Of a DNA stretch of 64,000 nt, positions 20,233 to 30,833 are shown in pieces. The first letter of the stretch is position 1, and each line of letters begins with the position of its first letter. A program made the position numbers and the translations under genes. The notes under the pieces were generated by a model that was not told the origin of the DNA, made no database searches, and worked only from the letters and a program-made list of their open reading frames with translations. Origin of the DNA: a bacterium (GTDB lineage Bacteria > Patescibacteriota > JABMPQ01 > JBDRIV01); contig JBDRIV010000002.1 in NCBI GenBank assembly GCA_043815505.1, forward strand, positions 116,784 to 180,783, read 5' to 3'.

Positions 20233-21810
20233 ATGGTTAAGGAATTCATACAAAAACTGGAAAACAAAAATTACAATTTTGCCTCGTGGTTAGCACTAAT
20301 TGCTAGTGTTATTATTGTACGCGTGATTCTGGAAAGTGTTTCGTCCAACGGCTATAATCCCTACAATCTAGTAAACATACTTCATCTTACCATTTTCTTT
20401 CTCACGTTGCTATTGTCTTTAATTTTAGTAGCGGCGTTTTTTACAAAAGAGAGAATAGAACAGATTTCGAAGTTTTTTGCCTTTGGTTTCTTTTTGTTGT
20501 GGTCGGCGCCAATTGTTGATTTGTTGCTTTCTTGGGGCAAGGGTTACCAAATGGCCTATATGTTTGTAGGCATAAATGATTTAATTTCCAACTTATTTTC
20601 CTTTTTTGGACCAATTTTAAGTCCCGGAATTACTTTTGGTATGCGCGTGCAAATTCTGCTCGCTATGCTTGCTCTTACTTGGTATGTCTGGCACAAAACT
20701 AGATCTTTATGGAAAGCGGTTTCCACTTTTATAGTTTCCTATTTAGTGGCCTTTTTTTACGGAGCTTTGCCTTCGCTATTTGTTTATGTTGCTCATCCGG
20801 CGCATTTAGATTCTGGGCGGGAAGAAATAATTGATACCTTGTTTACTCCTAAATCAATTTTTGCCATTGAATTTTTTGATACCGAAAAACTTTTTGATGT
20901 GCACATGGCTTTAGTTCTTTTGCCGATTTTAATTATCCAATTACTGATTTGGTACGGTTTAATAAGTAAAGAAAAATTGTGGGCCTTCTTGAAGAACTTG
21001 CGTTTGTTAAGATTATTGTTTCAGATTGTGGCTCTGGGCTCAGGAATTTATTTAGGTTCCATTGTTTTAAATCAGCCTCTAGATCTTTCGGCCGCCGGAA
21101 TTTTGATGGTGCTGGCCTTGGCATTAGCAGTAATTTCTGCTTGGTCATTTTCTGTAATTGTAAATGACTATTATGATACTGCTATTGATGCCGTTACAAA
21201 TAAAAACCGACCCCTAATTAAAAAAACTATCAGCCAAGAAGAATTTATTTATTTAGGAGTCGTTTCTTTTATAATTTCAGTCCTAGCCGCTGGCATTGTT
21301 GGTTATGTATTCTTCTTGCTGATAATGGGCATAAACGCGCTTTCCTATGTTTATTCAGCTCTACCATTGCGTTTAAGGCGCTTTCCTTTTCTCACTTCCT
21401 TTGTGATAGCCTTGGCCACTCTTTTTATTGCCATGTCCGGCTTTGCTCTATTTACTGGTGACAATAATCTGTCCTCGTTTCCTAAAAGCATAATTGGTCT
21501 TATTCTAATTATTTTCACTCTGGTTTTAAATGCCAAAGATATAAAAGATCGTGAAGGTGATAAGGCTAATAACGTTATTACTATACCGACACTTTTAGGA
21601 GAGCGCGCTGGCAAATTGGTAATAGGAACTTTAATTTTTGCCTCCTTTACTCTCTTTGCTATAATCTTGCAGAATTTTATGCTGTTTGTTGGTTCGCTGG
21701 GATTTGGAATAGTTGGTTTCTTTCTGGTCTATGATAAAAGGGCTAAAGAAAAATATGTTTTTATTCTTTATGCCCTCTATATGATTTTAGTTTTGCTGAC
21801 TACTTTTTAA
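20233..21810 (+). CDS. UbiA-family prenyltransferase with extra N-terminal membrane domain
   Basis: NDYYDTAID..NKNRPL and KDIKDREGD aspartate-rich motifs. Confidence 0.88.
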   Translation: MVKEFIQKLENKNYNFASWLALIASVIIVRVILESVSSNGYNPYNLVNILHLTIFFLTLLLSLILVAAFFTKERIEQISKFFAFGFFLLWSAPIVDLLLSWGKGYQMAYMFVGINDLISNLFSFFGPILSPGITFGMRVQILLAMLALTWYVWHKTRSLWKAVSTFIVSYLVAFFYGALPSLFVYVAHPAHLDSGREEIIDTLFTPKSIFAIEFFDTEKLFDVHMALVLLPILIIQLLIWYGLISKEKLWAFLKNLRLLRLLFQIVALGSGIYLGSIVLNQPLDLSAAGILMVLALALAVISAWSFSVIVNDYYDTAIDAVTNKNRPLIKKTISQEEFIYLGVVSFIISVLAAGIVGYVFFLLIMGINALSYVYSALPLRLRRFPFLTSFVIALATLFIAMSGFALFTGDNNLSSFPKSIIGLILIIFTLVLNAKDIKDREGDKANNVITIPTLLGERAGKLVIGTLIFASFTLFAIILQNFMLFVGSLGFGIVGFFLVYDKRAKEKYVFILYALYMILVLLTTF

Positions 21811-23963
21811 TCAAGTTCAATTTCGTCGCCTTTGTTTTTTACGGTTAATGGTGCCACCGCTGCGGCGATTTTTTTATTGCCACTTCTTTGAAAGGTAATT
21901 TCTAAAATACCATTTTGATAGTTTTTAACAACGCCTTCACCAAAATATGGATGATCTATCACATCGCCTTTGTTGTAGTGAGGTAATTCTTCTAAGATTT
22001 CATCGGAGAAAGGGACAACGTCATTAAAATCTTCTGTACTGGCAAATTGATCACTTTTTATGGCGTCTAAAAAGCGTGACGGCATGCTGTAATTAGTTTG
22101 ACCAAAAATTGTACGTTTATGAGTGAGTAGTAAAAAGAGGTTTTTCATGGCACGCGTAATTCCCACATAAAATAATCTTCTTTCTTCTTCAATTTGGCTT
22201 GCATCCATCATGCTATTGGTGTGCGGAAATAAACCTTCTTCTACTCCAATCACAAAAATAACCGGAAATTCCAAACCTTTAGCAGCGTGGCAGGTCATTA
22301 AAGTAACAGAATTCTTTTCGTCTCGCATTTGATCAATGTCACTCATTAAGGCAATTTCTTCCAAGAAAGTTGTTAAAGCTTCTTCTAATGGTAAGCCATC
22401 ATATTTGGCGGCCAAACTTTTCAATTCCATAACATTTTCCCAGCGCGTTTCTCCTTCATCAGTTCCGTCCTGTAAATATTTTTTATAACCACTGGAAACG
22501 GTGATCTGATCAAAAACTTCAGTCAAAGAAGGTTTAGTTAAAGCCCGAACATTATTAAAAATGTTAACAAAATCTTTAAGTGAGTTTTTTGCTGTGGGGG
22601 TTATAGCGAGTGGTAGTTTGCCGTCAACAATATATGTAATTAAGGTTAAAAAGTCTTCGTGGTGCTCAAATCTGGCTTGTAGAAGACGATTGAGTGTAAC
22701 GTGGCCGATGTAGCGAGCAGGCTCATTTATAATTCTGGCTAAACTTATTTCGTCGTTAGGATTTTGTAGAAGCCGAAGATAAGCAATAATATCTTTAATT
22801 TCTTTACGTTCATAGAAACGCACGCCGCCCACAATTTGATAAGGTGTTTGTGTTTGTAAAAACATTTCTTCAATCGCTCTCGACTGAGCGTTAGTGCGAT
22901 ACAAAATGGCCACTTCTGATAAGCTTTTTATAACGCCGCGCCTTTTTAAAGCTTCTACTGTTTCAATAATAGTTTTGCCTTCATCATATTCTGTGCGGAC
23001 TTGGGAAAGTTTAACTTCTTCGCCAGGAGGATTTTTGGTCCACAATTTCTTTTCCATTTGTTTAGTGTTGGCGGCAATAACTTCATTGGCAACATCTAAA
23101 ATATTTTTTGTCGAGCGATAATTTTGTTCCAACTTTACTACTACGGCTTCGGGAAAGTCTTTTTCAAAATTTAAAATATTCCTGATGTCAGCGCCGCGAA
23201 AACCATAAATACTTTGAGCGTCATCACCTACCACGCAAATATTGCGATGTTTGTCCGCTAGGAGCATAACTAATTTGTATTGAGCATGATTAGTGTCTTG
23301 ATACTCGTCAACTAAAATATACTGATATTGTTTTTGATATTTCTTTAAGATTTCCGGATTAGCTTCAAATATTTTTACAGTTTTCATTAACAAATCATCG
23401 AAGTCGAGAGCATTATTAGTTTTTAAAATTCTTTGATACACTGGATAAATTTTAGCCACGATTTTTTCGATGTATTCTAAGTTCTTATCAGCCAAGTTCT
23501 CTGGTTCAATCAGCTCATTTTTATTTTTAGAAATTAGGGAGAGAATCATTTGAGGGGCAAACTGTTTGGTGGAAATGTTTACTTCTTTCATAGCCGCTTT
23601 AACAGTACGCAGTTGATCATCAGTATCATAAATTGCAAAACTCTTTTTAAAATCAAGAACAGTAATTTCTTGTCTTAAAATGCGTACACAAAAAGAATGA
23701 AAGGTTCCGACAAATGGTTGCGCTGAATTTGTTTTGCCAGACAATAAGGAGGCGACGCGTGTTTTCATTTCCCCGGCCGCTTTGTTGGTAAATGTGACCG
23801 CCAAAATTTGCTCTGGGCGTATACCTTGTTCAATTAAATAGGCTAAACGATAGGTTAGAGTTCTAGTTTTGCCTGACCCAGCACCAGCAATAATCAAAAC
23901 AGGCCCTTCAAGTGTCTGGCAGGCTCGTAGTTGTTCGGGATTTAAGTCTTTCTCTAAATTCAT
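21807..23963 (-). CDS. pcrA: ATP-dependent DNA helicase PcrA/UvrD
   Basis: AGAGSGKT, DEYQDTN, VGDDAQSIYGFRGA, LEQNYRS, HAAKGLEF, EERRL. Confidence 0.96.
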   Translation of the reverse strand: MNLEKDLNPEQLRACQTLEGPVLIIAGAGSGKTRTLTYRLAYLIEQGIRPEQILAVTFTNKAAGEMKTRVASLLSGKTNSAQPFVGTFHSFCVRILRQEITVLDFKKSFAIYDTDDQLRTVKAAMKEVNISTKQFAPQMILSLISKNKNELIEPENLADKNLEYIEKIVAKIYPVYQRILKTNNALDFDDLLMKTVKIFEANPEILKKYQKQYQYILVDEYQDTNHAQYKLVMLLADKHRNICVVGDDAQSIYGFRGADIRNILNFEKDFPEAVVVKLEQNYRSTKNILDVANEVIAANTKQMEKKLWTKNPPGEEVKLSQVRTEYDEGKTIIETVEALKRRGVIKSLSEVAILYRTNAQSRAIEEMFLQTQTPYQIVGGVRFYERKEIKDIIAYLRLLQNPNDEISLARIINEPARYIGHVTLNRLLQARFEHHEDFLTLITYIVDGKLPLAITPTAKNSLKDFVNIFNNVRALTKPSLTEVFDQITVSSGYKKYLQDGTDEGETRWENVMELKSLAAKYDGLPLEEALTTFLEEIALMSDIDQMRDEKNSVTLMTCHAAKGLEFPVIFVIGVEEGLFPHTNSMMDASQIEEERRLFYVGITRAMKNLFLLLTHKRTIFGQTNYSMPSRFLDAIKSDQFASTEDFNDVVPFSDEILEELPHYNKGDVIDHPYFGEGVVKNYQNGILEITFQRSGNKKIAAAVAPLTVKNKGDEIELD

Positions 23964-24065
23964 GTTTTCCTATTATAACATATTAAAAATTTGGCTTCAG
24001 GTGGCTTTTTTGTGTACAAACGCCTTGACGGAAAAACCCAGTGTTGTACCATAATTATACCAATT

Positions 24066-25331
24066 ATGTTTAAAAAAATAACTCTAAGCGAAGAACAAAA
24101 AAACGAGCTTTGGAAGAAAGTACGAAAGTATATGGCCCAAGGTGTTTTTATTATCCTAACATTACTTGTTACCAGTTTTAATGTCCAGGCCTATTTTGCC
24201 GAAGATGCCAATGAGGTGCGTGACGGAGGTTTTGGCGCCATTGACGAAGAAAAAAATGTCTTAGCGTTTTTAACTCAAGAAGAAGCGGTGGAGGTTATTC
24301 CCAATAATAATTTAACTTACGAAGAAAAAAGTGTAGAAGAAAGTTTTTCCGAAGAATCTTTAGCATCGGCTCAAGGTTTTGTGGCGGGTTCAAAAACAAC
24401 AGCTACGGAAGATGAAATTGGTAGTGCGGTGGAAGAATTGGCAACTGTTCAAGGTGAGGCGCTACAAAAAACTAGCTCACCCGACGGTGACTTACCAGAC
24501 ACTCCCGGACAAGGCGATAGAGTAATTCAATATACAATTCAACCTGGTGATACTCTTTCAACCATTGCTGCTAAGTTTGGTGTTTCTACTGAAGTAGTTT
24601 ATTGGGAAAATAAATCTCGAGGTTTATATATTGACAGCGCTCTAAAGCCAGGAGATGAATTGGGAATTCCTATATTTGAAGGCGTTACTCATCAAGTGGG
24701 TTCGGGTGATACAATAGAAAAAATTGCTGCCATATTTGAAGCTGATGCGGATGAAATAGTTCTATATAATGATTTAAATAATGCAGAAGATATTAGCATT
24801 GGCCAAATTCTCTACATTCCTGGTGGCGAGAAAGCTGATCCGGAGAAAAAACCAGTTCCCCAAGCACCAACCAGTATCGCTTCCAATTATGGTTACGGAT
24901 CAAATACCAGTGTAGCAGCAACTAATTATGGAACACCGCAAGCTGCCACCGGATCATTGTTGTGGCCAACATCTTCACGTTCTTACACCACAACTTTTAG
25001 TTATCGTCATCCCGCTCTTGATATTACCACTGGTGGTAATTGTTCTAATTTACCTTTGTATGCCGCCGACAACGGCCGCGTAACCGTTTCCAGTTATGGT
25101 TATAATGGTGGTTATGGTAATCGTTTGTGTATTGATCATGGTAATGGTATTACCACTTGTCATAATCATAATTCATCAAATGTAGCTGGTGTTGGTCAAT
25201 ATGTGAGCAGGGGTGAAGTGGTGGCTTATATGGGACGCACTGGACGAGCTTACGGCAGTTGTGCTATTCACACTCATTTTGAAGTTATCGTCAATGGTAG
25301 AAAGGTTAATCCTCTGAATTATATTAGATAA
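24066..25331 (+). CDS. LysM-repeat M23 peptidoglycan endopeptidase
   Basis: two LysM domains (Y.IQPGDTLS.IA); HxxxD (HPALD), GYGN, HxH (HTH). Confidence 0.9.
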   Translation: MFKKITLSEEQKNELWKKVRKYMAQGVFIILTLLVTSFNVQAYFAEDANEVRDGGFGAIDEEKNVLAFLTQEEAVEVIPNNNLTYEEKSVEESFSEESLASAQGFVAGSKTTATEDEIGSAVEELATVQGEALQKTSSPDGDLPDTPGQGDRVIQYTIQPGDTLSTIAAKFGVSTEVVYWENKSRGLYIDSALKPGDELGIPIFEGVTHQVGSGDTIEKIAAIFEADADEIVLYNDLNNAEDISIGQILYIPGGEKADPEKKPVPQAPTSIASNYGYGSNTSVAATNYGTPQAATGSLLWPTSSRSYTTTFSYRHPALDITTGGNCSNLPLYAADNGRVTVSSYGYNGGYGNRLCIDHGNGITTCHNHNSSNVAGVGQYVSRGEVVAYMGRTGRAYGSCAIHTHFEVIVNGRKVNPLNYIR

Positions 25332-25385
25332 GTTTGTAATTTCTATACGTTCTTTTAGAAGCGGTCCCTTAAACAGGAGGAGAAA

Positions 25386-25700
25386 ATGAATATCAGGCAA
25401 AGGTTTGAAAGAGTCTTTAGAATTCTCGTAGATGTTCCGAATAGTGTCGAACAGTGGCTAGGGTGGATGGTTTTTTTGGAAATATTTCCCTTTTATTGTG
25501 TTTGCATGATCATTCCTTTGCTATTGTTAAAAAGTGTGTCTGGTGATGTTTTGTCCACAGTATGGTTAGTTTCAATGATCGTAATGATAACGGTGTTTTG
25601 GATAGTAGTAGGAACAGGCCAATATAATAAGCGTCTCGCTACTTACTACAAGCAGAAGAAGGAAGACACTGGGAAAAGCATGAACAATGAAACAGGGTGA
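25386..25700 (+). CDS. hypothetical 2-TM ORFan protein
   Basis: AGGAGG SD, hydrophobic segments, downstream hairpin. Confidence 0.65.
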   Translation: MNIRQRFERVFRILVDVPNSVEQWLGWMVFLEIFPFYCVCMIIPLLLLKSVSGDVLSTVWLVSMIVMITVFWIVVGTGQYNKRLATYYKQKKEDTGKSMNNETG

Positions 25701-25719
25701 AGCTGCTTACAATTCAAAC

Positions 25720-25753
25720 ACCCCTACTATTTTTGTAATAGAAGGGGTATTTT
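25720..25753. terminator. hairpin between convergent genes
   Basis: acccct.ctatt...aatagaaggggt. Confidence 0.55.
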
Positions 25754-25773
25754 CAATTATATTTTATTCATTT

Positions 25774-26367
25774 TTAGTAACCAAGAGATTTGGCGATTGA
25801 TAGAACGCGATTAACGTAGGAGTAACTATGGTTATAACTAAGTAAGGCTCTGTTAATGTTGTCTTTACCTCCGCTATGGGATAATAAATTAGCAGCCGAG
25901 TATATAGCATCATTAACATTATTGATTTGAGCGATGTTATCACCATTACCGTCAGTTCCGTAAGCGCGAAATGTTGAGGGGATGAACTGCATTGGTCCTT
26001 GCGCTCCGGCATAACTTCTTATAAAAGAATCACCAGAACGTTTTGTTTCTACGTAATGGACAGCTGACAGAACTTCCCAGGGCACATCATATTTTTTAGC
26101 AGCTTGGCGATAGATACGATCATAACCAGTGGTATCAACAAAAGCTTCCGCATAAACTGCTGGTTGCAAATAACTCTTGGCAGCAAGATTTTTGTTGTAT
26201 TCAATTATTAAGGAATCTGAAGATTGGTTTAGAGGTGAAGTTAAATGGGTGAAAGAGTTGTTGTCCAATTTATTTAAATTCACACTTTGCCCGTTAGCAG
26301 CTTGAGGAAATAATAGTGTAACTATTATAGCCGACAAGGTGAGGGCGATTATTATGTTTTTAGACAT
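25774..26367 (-). CDS. secreted lytic transglycosylase (SLT-like)
   Basis: VPWEVL.AVH.VET, S.AGAQGPMQF.PSTF, DAI.SAA..L, YNHS. Confidence 0.9.
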   Translation of the reverse strand: MSKNIIIALTLSAIIVTLLFPQAANGQSVNLNKLDNNSFTHLTSPLNQSSDSLIIEYNKNLAAKSYLQPAVYAEAFVDTTGYDRIYRQAAKKYDVPWEVLSAVHYVETKRSGDSFIRSYAGAQGPMQFIPSTFRAYGTDGNGDNIAQINNVNDAIYSAANLLSHSGGKDNINRALLSYNHSYSYVNRVLSIAKSLGY

Positions 26368-26595
26368 AATTATATTTGGTAAGCTAGGGAAGATTTTGCG
26401 CTACTATAGTCGGGTTTTGATATAGTTATCATTAAGGTAAGCCTAAACATAGGCTTAACCGACGAGTGAGCGGTACTATTAAATAAGTACTTCTTTTAGC
26501 TTGTTTTAAACAAAAACAGGCTTTTACACCTGTACCAAATACTCACCAGATATTAGCAAATTATATGCTATTTGTCAATACTTTGTGGATCTTAA

Positions 26596-27180
26596 TTATT
26601 TTCTCTTTTTTACCGCCTCTTTCCACAACATGCTTTCATGGGCTTTTGATTTAGAATGATATTTACTTCCAAGACGTTTAGTATATGGGGTTTCTACAGC
26701 TGATGACATCATTTCAAAAACAATCTGACAAATTCTCATTCCCGGACGTAAGATTACTGGCATGACACCAATGTTAGTAATCTCTAAAGTTAAATTTCCT
26801 TTGAAGCCAGCATCAACATGACCAGCAGTAGAGTGTACAATAATTCCAATTCTTCCCAGTGATGAACGACCATCAATTCGGACTGATAGGTCATTTGGCA
26901 ATTCAATTGCTTCTTTTGTAACGCCTAAAACAAAATCATGAGGATGAACTATAAAACCCTTATTTTTTTCAATAACAATTTCTGAGGTTAAATCCTTAAA
27001 GCTGGCTGGATCAGAAACATCAATGCTTGATTTTTGAGTATGATTATAAACTCTGAAGACATTGCCTAACTTCATATCAAGTGAACCGGTAGAAAGCGCA
27101 GATTTTAGATCTGGTGCCGGAGTCATTTTTATTCTACCACTTTTTAAGGCTTTTTTAATGTCTTTATCAGATAAAATCAT
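26596..27180 (-). CDS. dcd: dCTP deaminase
   Basis: MILSD, GRSSLGRIG, TAGHVDAGF.G.LTLE. Confidence 0.96.
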   Translation of the reverse strand: MILSDKDIKKALKSGRIKMTPAPDLKSALSTGSLDMKLGNVFRVYNHTQKSSIDVSDPASFKDLTSEIVIEKNKGFIVHPHDFVLGVTKEAIELPNDLSVRIDGRSSLGRIGIIVHSTAGHVDAGFKGNLTLEITNIGVMPVILRPGMRICQIVFEMMSSAVETPYTKRLGSKYHSKSKAHESMLWKEAVKKRK

Positions 27181-27755
27181 AGATTTTTGTTAAGTTTTTT
27201 AACTTTGACTGATTTTAAATTTAGAGCCTTAAGTTTATTGTAAGAAATCAAAGAAATAAATGAAAGCACAGGAACAAATAATAAATTGCCAATTAAATTA
27301 AATCTCAAAAAAGGTAAACCAGCCATAAAAGAAGCTAGTAGCCCAGACAAATCTTTGGTGTACATGGGGGTGGTTGCCCAAACACCAAAGTTAGTGAAAA
27401 GATAAAAGAAAATTCCCACCAGCAAACTAGCACCAGTTAAAGCTAAAGTTTTTTTACCAACTTTGTTATTAGAAATTCTTTTTAGGAAAATGCCTGAAAG
27501 GCCAATTATTATCCAAGCTGACCAAGTGAATATAAAAATATTAGAATTGCCAATAATGAAATCGGAAATACCAATGGTCAACAATGGTACAAAAATTGCA
27601 TAAACGCCACCAAGAATTGATCCACCAAGCATGGAAATAGCAGTAATGGGTTCTACGTTAGGAAATGAAGCAAAGTATTCAATGCGCACAAAACGCAAAA
27701 CAACACCTAGTACAACTAGGCTTAAGGCAAATATAAATTTCAGATACTTATTCAT
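27177..27755 (-). CDS. DUF6580/ECF S-component-like membrane protein, putative cobalamin uptake
   Basis: about 6 TM; PNVEPIT resembles CbrT PNVQP; FYLFTNFGVW...MY...GL...AGLPF; adjacent to cobO and nrdJ. Confidence 0.7.
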   Translation of the reverse strand: MNKYLKFIFALSLVVLGVVLRFVRIEYFASFPNVEPITAISMLGGSILGGVYAIFVPLLTIGISDFIIGNSNIFIFTWSAWIIIGLSGIFLKRISNNKVGKKTLALTGASLLVGIFFYLFTNFGVWATTPMYTKDLSGLLASFMAGLPFLRFNLIGNLLFVPVLSFISLISYNKLKALNLKSVKVKKLNKNL

Positions 27756-27765
27756 TTTTATTCTT

Positions 27766-28299
27766 TTAAAATTCTAGTCCTTGCTTTCCCATCTCCTTAT
27801 CGTCAAAATAATGTTTAACACTTTTTACATCAGAAACGAGATCAGCCTTTTTTATAAAACTTTTAGGAGCATCGCGTCCAGTTAAAACAATTGTAACAAA
27901 AGAAGGTTTTTTAGCAATCACTTTTAGAACTTCTCTCGGCTCTAACAATTTTAAGGAACAAGCCACGTTTATTTCATCTAAAACAACAATATCATGCTTG
28001 CCGGCTGTTATAATTTTAGCAGTTTCAGCCAAAGCTTTTTTAGCTGCTGTTTTATGGTCTGAAAGTGGTAATTTGTCTCCCATTATACCCACAAAACCCA
28101 AGCCAAACTTTTTTAAAGTAATTCTGGGAATTGTTTTTACGGCCTTATCTTCACCAGATGGCCAGGGGCCCTTTATAAACTGAGCAAAGTATACTTTCTT
28201 TCCGTTACCAACCGCTCTAACGCTTAAACCTAGGGCGGCGGTTGTTTTTCCTTTGCCGTCACCGGTATAAATGAGAATTTTCCCTGGTGACTTATTCAT
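27766..28299 (-). CDS. cobO: cob(I)alamin adenosyltransferase (CobO/BtuR)
   Basis: YTGDGKGKTTAALG, QFIKG, VLDEI, LTGR, ADLVS. Confidence 0.95.
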   Translation of the reverse strand: MNKSPGKILIYTGDGKGKTTAALGLSVRAVGNGKKVYFAQFIKGPWPSGEDKAVKTIPRITLKKFGLGFVGIMGDKLPLSDHKTAAKKALAETAKIITAGKHDIVVLDEINVACSLKLLEPREVLKVIAKKPSFVTIVLTGRDAPKSFIKKADLVSDVKSVKHYFDDKEMGKQGLEF

Positions 28300-28300
28300 T

Positions 28301-30802
28301 TTAGTGATCAGAACAAGATTTAGTTAACTGTCCATCCTTAAATTCAATTTTGCAAGCACCTTTGCCGTTAGCAGATTCGTCATTTTTCTTTTCCATATTG
28401 GCATCAGTAGAAAGAACTTGTTCAGAACGACTATGATCGCGATAAACTGTTACACCTTTACAACCGAGGTCATAAGCCATTTCGTAAACTTCTTTAGTTT
28501 GATCAACTGTGAAATCAGCGGGAGCGTTAGCGGTTTTGCTAATGGAAGAGTCTGTCCATTTTTGCACAGCGGCTTGAACTTTAATATGATCCAGTGGATC
28601 AAGATCCATGGCGGAAACAAAATAATCAGGCAAAGTTCCATCCTCTTTTTGGTATTGTTTAGCTAAAGGAATAGAAACTTTGTGGAAACCTAGTCGTGAT
28701 TGACGATAGAATTCAAATTCATAAAATGGTTCAATACCAGTTGAAGTACCAAGCATAGTACCTACCGATCCGGTTGGAGCTTGAGTGGTTAAGGTAACAT
28801 TTCTGATGCCATTTTCTTTAATGACTTTTTTAACTTTTTCTGGCAAAGTTTTAATAAAACCGGTCTCAAGGAATTTATCACGTTCATATTTAGGGAAGGT
28901 TCCTTTTTCTGCTGCCAATTCTGATGAAGTTAAATACATATTAGTGGTAATGCATTCATAAATTTTATCAATCATTTTAATTGATTCAGCACTACCATAT
29001 TTTAAGCGCAGTTTAATTAACATTTCACCAAGTCCAATGGTGCCACCGCCAACTCTTCTTTCTCGCTTTTGGTTTTCTTCGTTTTCGGCGAAATGATAAG
29101 CTGATAAATCAATAACATTATCAAGGAAACGAGTTAAAACGCGAGCTGAGTGGGCTAATTTATCCCAATCAACATCGTAGAGCGGACCTTCTTTGTCTTT
29201 GCCAGAAACTTTTAGAAAAGTGGGTAAATTCAAATGTCCTAAATTACAAACTCCCCACCCAGGTAGTCCTTGTTCGCCACAAGGGTTGGTGGCAGTTAAG
29301 GTGTTGTAATAGGAAGAATTGCTTAATTTGTTGTAGCGTTCCATAAAGACAACTCCTGGTTCAGCGCTGGCATGGGCAGAGGTAATAATTTTGTCCCACA
29401 ATTCTCTAGCCTTTACAATTTTATAAACTTTGGTTGGATAACCCTTGGCTTTCCAGGCCCAGATATCACCTTCCCATTCAGTGTCATAAATATCATTATA
29501 AGCTGGGTCTTCATAATCAGGATATTCCAGTGGCCAGTCAGCATCATTTTTCAAAGCTTCCATAAAATGGTCAGAAACCATTACTGAGATGTTGGCATTT
29601 TCCAAAGTTCCTTTATCCATTTTAGCTTCAATAAAATCTACCACATCTGGATGCCAATCAGCTTGCATTAACATTAAAGCGCCTCTTCTCGCTCCACCTT
29701 GTTCTACTAATCCGGTGGCAAAAGAGAAAATTCCACCCCAAGAAACACTGCCCGAAGAACGACCGTGTACACCTCGAACATAAGCCAAACGTGGTCGCAA
29801 AGAAGATAAAGACAAACCAACACCGCCGCCCCGAGCCATAATTTCAATTAATTGAAACAATGCTTCTTTAATTATTGATCCTCGTGAGTCAGCTGGATTT
29901 GGTATTACAAAGCAGTTATAAAGAGTTAAATTTTCTGTATATTTTCCATCTTCGCCAACATTGGCTCCGGTCATAATGCGGCCACCAGGTTGCAGATGTT
30001 TTTGACGCAATTGATCTAAAAATTCTTTTTCCCAATGTTCTTGTTGTTCTTCGGGTTCAATACTGGCAATAGCTTTAGCAATACGTTGATAAGAATCATC
30101 AATGGCTTCTCGAGGTTTTTCACATTTTAGTAAATCTTGAGTAAATTCAAAATTACTTTCTTTGTCGGCATAAACTCCTGTTACCATGTGTAATTTCACT
30201 TCTTGATTTCTAGCATCAATTTCTTTAACAATACCTAAATCTTTTTTAGGATATTTAATTTCGTCTTTAGTTATTACAATTACCAAATCACCTTCAGCAA
30301 TATCATCACGTTTAGTTTTAATGGAATAACGATCTAAAAATATAAGTCTTCCAATTTCATCAAAATTAGCAGACTTGTTTAAAACATGGACGGCTTGGCG
30401 AGACATTTTTACGCCCAGTTTTTTTAGTTCCAAAACTTCTTTTACATCTTCACCAAGCTCGGCTTCTCTTTCTTCAGTTCTTTTAGCGCGATAAAGAATA
30501 TAAGCTTTAGCAGTTTTAGCGTGGCCCTCTTCAATAAGAATCTTTTCTACCTTATCTTGAATTTCTTCTACTGTTGGTTGTTCAATATCCTGAACAGATT
30601 TAACTACTTTAGCAGCAATCTTCTCTGCTAATTTTCTATCTGAACCACCTACAGCTTTGGCCGCTTTAAAAATGGCTTCAGTGATTTTGTTATTATCAAA
30701 ATCAACTACATCACCATTTCGTTTTCTTATTTTTAGTGGACCCTTCACAAATTTTGCTTGGGTTTGAATTTTGGTTGTTGTTTTTGTTTGATTGTCTCGC
30801 AC
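28301..30802 (-). CDS. nrdJ: adenosylcobalamin-dependent class II ribonucleotide reductase with N-terminal ATP cone
   Basis: ATP cone; NCFV, TNPCGEQ, CNLG, APTG; KGVTVYR without the class I YY pair; no nrdB nearby. Confidence 0.92.
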   Translation of the reverse strand: MRDNQTKTTTKIQTQAKFVKGPLKIRKRNGDVVDFDNNKITEAIFKAAKAVGGSDRKLAEKIAAKVVKSVQDIEQPTVEEIQDKVEKILIEEGHAKTAKAYILYRAKRTEEREAELGEDVKEVLELKKLGVKMSRQAVHVLNKSANFDEIGRLIFLDRYSIKTKRDDIAEGDLVIVITKDEIKYPKKDLGIVKEIDARNQEVKLHMVTGVYADKESNFEFTQDLLKCEKPREAIDDSYQRIAKAIASIEPEEQQEHWEKEFLDQLRQKHLQPGGRIMTGANVGEDGKYTENLTLYNCFVIPNPADSRGSIIKEALFQLIEIMARGGGVGLSLSSLRPRLAYVRGVHGRSSGSVSWGGIFSFATGLVEQGGARRGALMLMQADWHPDVVDFIEAKMDKGTLENANISVMVSDHFMEALKNDADWPLEYPDYEDPAYNDIYDTEWEGDIWAWKAKGYPTKVYKIVKARELWDKIITSAHASAEPGVVFMERYNKLSNSSYYNTLTATNPCGEQGLPGWGVCNLGHLNLPTFLKVSGKDKEGPLYDVDWDKLAHSARVLTRFLDNVIDLSAYHFAENEENQKRERRVGGGTIGLGEMLIKLRLKYGSAESIKMIDKIYECITTNMYLTSSELAAEKGTFPKYERDKFLETGFIKTLPEKVKKVIKENGIRNVTLTTQAPTGSVGTMLGTSTGIEPFYEFEFYRQSRLGFHKVSIPLAKQYQKEDGTLPDYFVSAMDLDPLDHIKVQAAVQKWTDSSISKTANAPADFTVDQTKEVYEMAYDLGCKGVTVYRDHSRSEQVLSTDANMEKKNDESANGKGACKIEFKDGQLTKSCSDH

Positions 30803-30833
30803 ATTTTTTGATTAATTATGTGAATAGAATTAT

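Noticed and set aside
30110-30320. Intein or novel insertion in NrdJ
   Set aside because: No intein terminal motifs; the short insert after LDRY resembles a segment I recall from Firmicutes-type NrdJ
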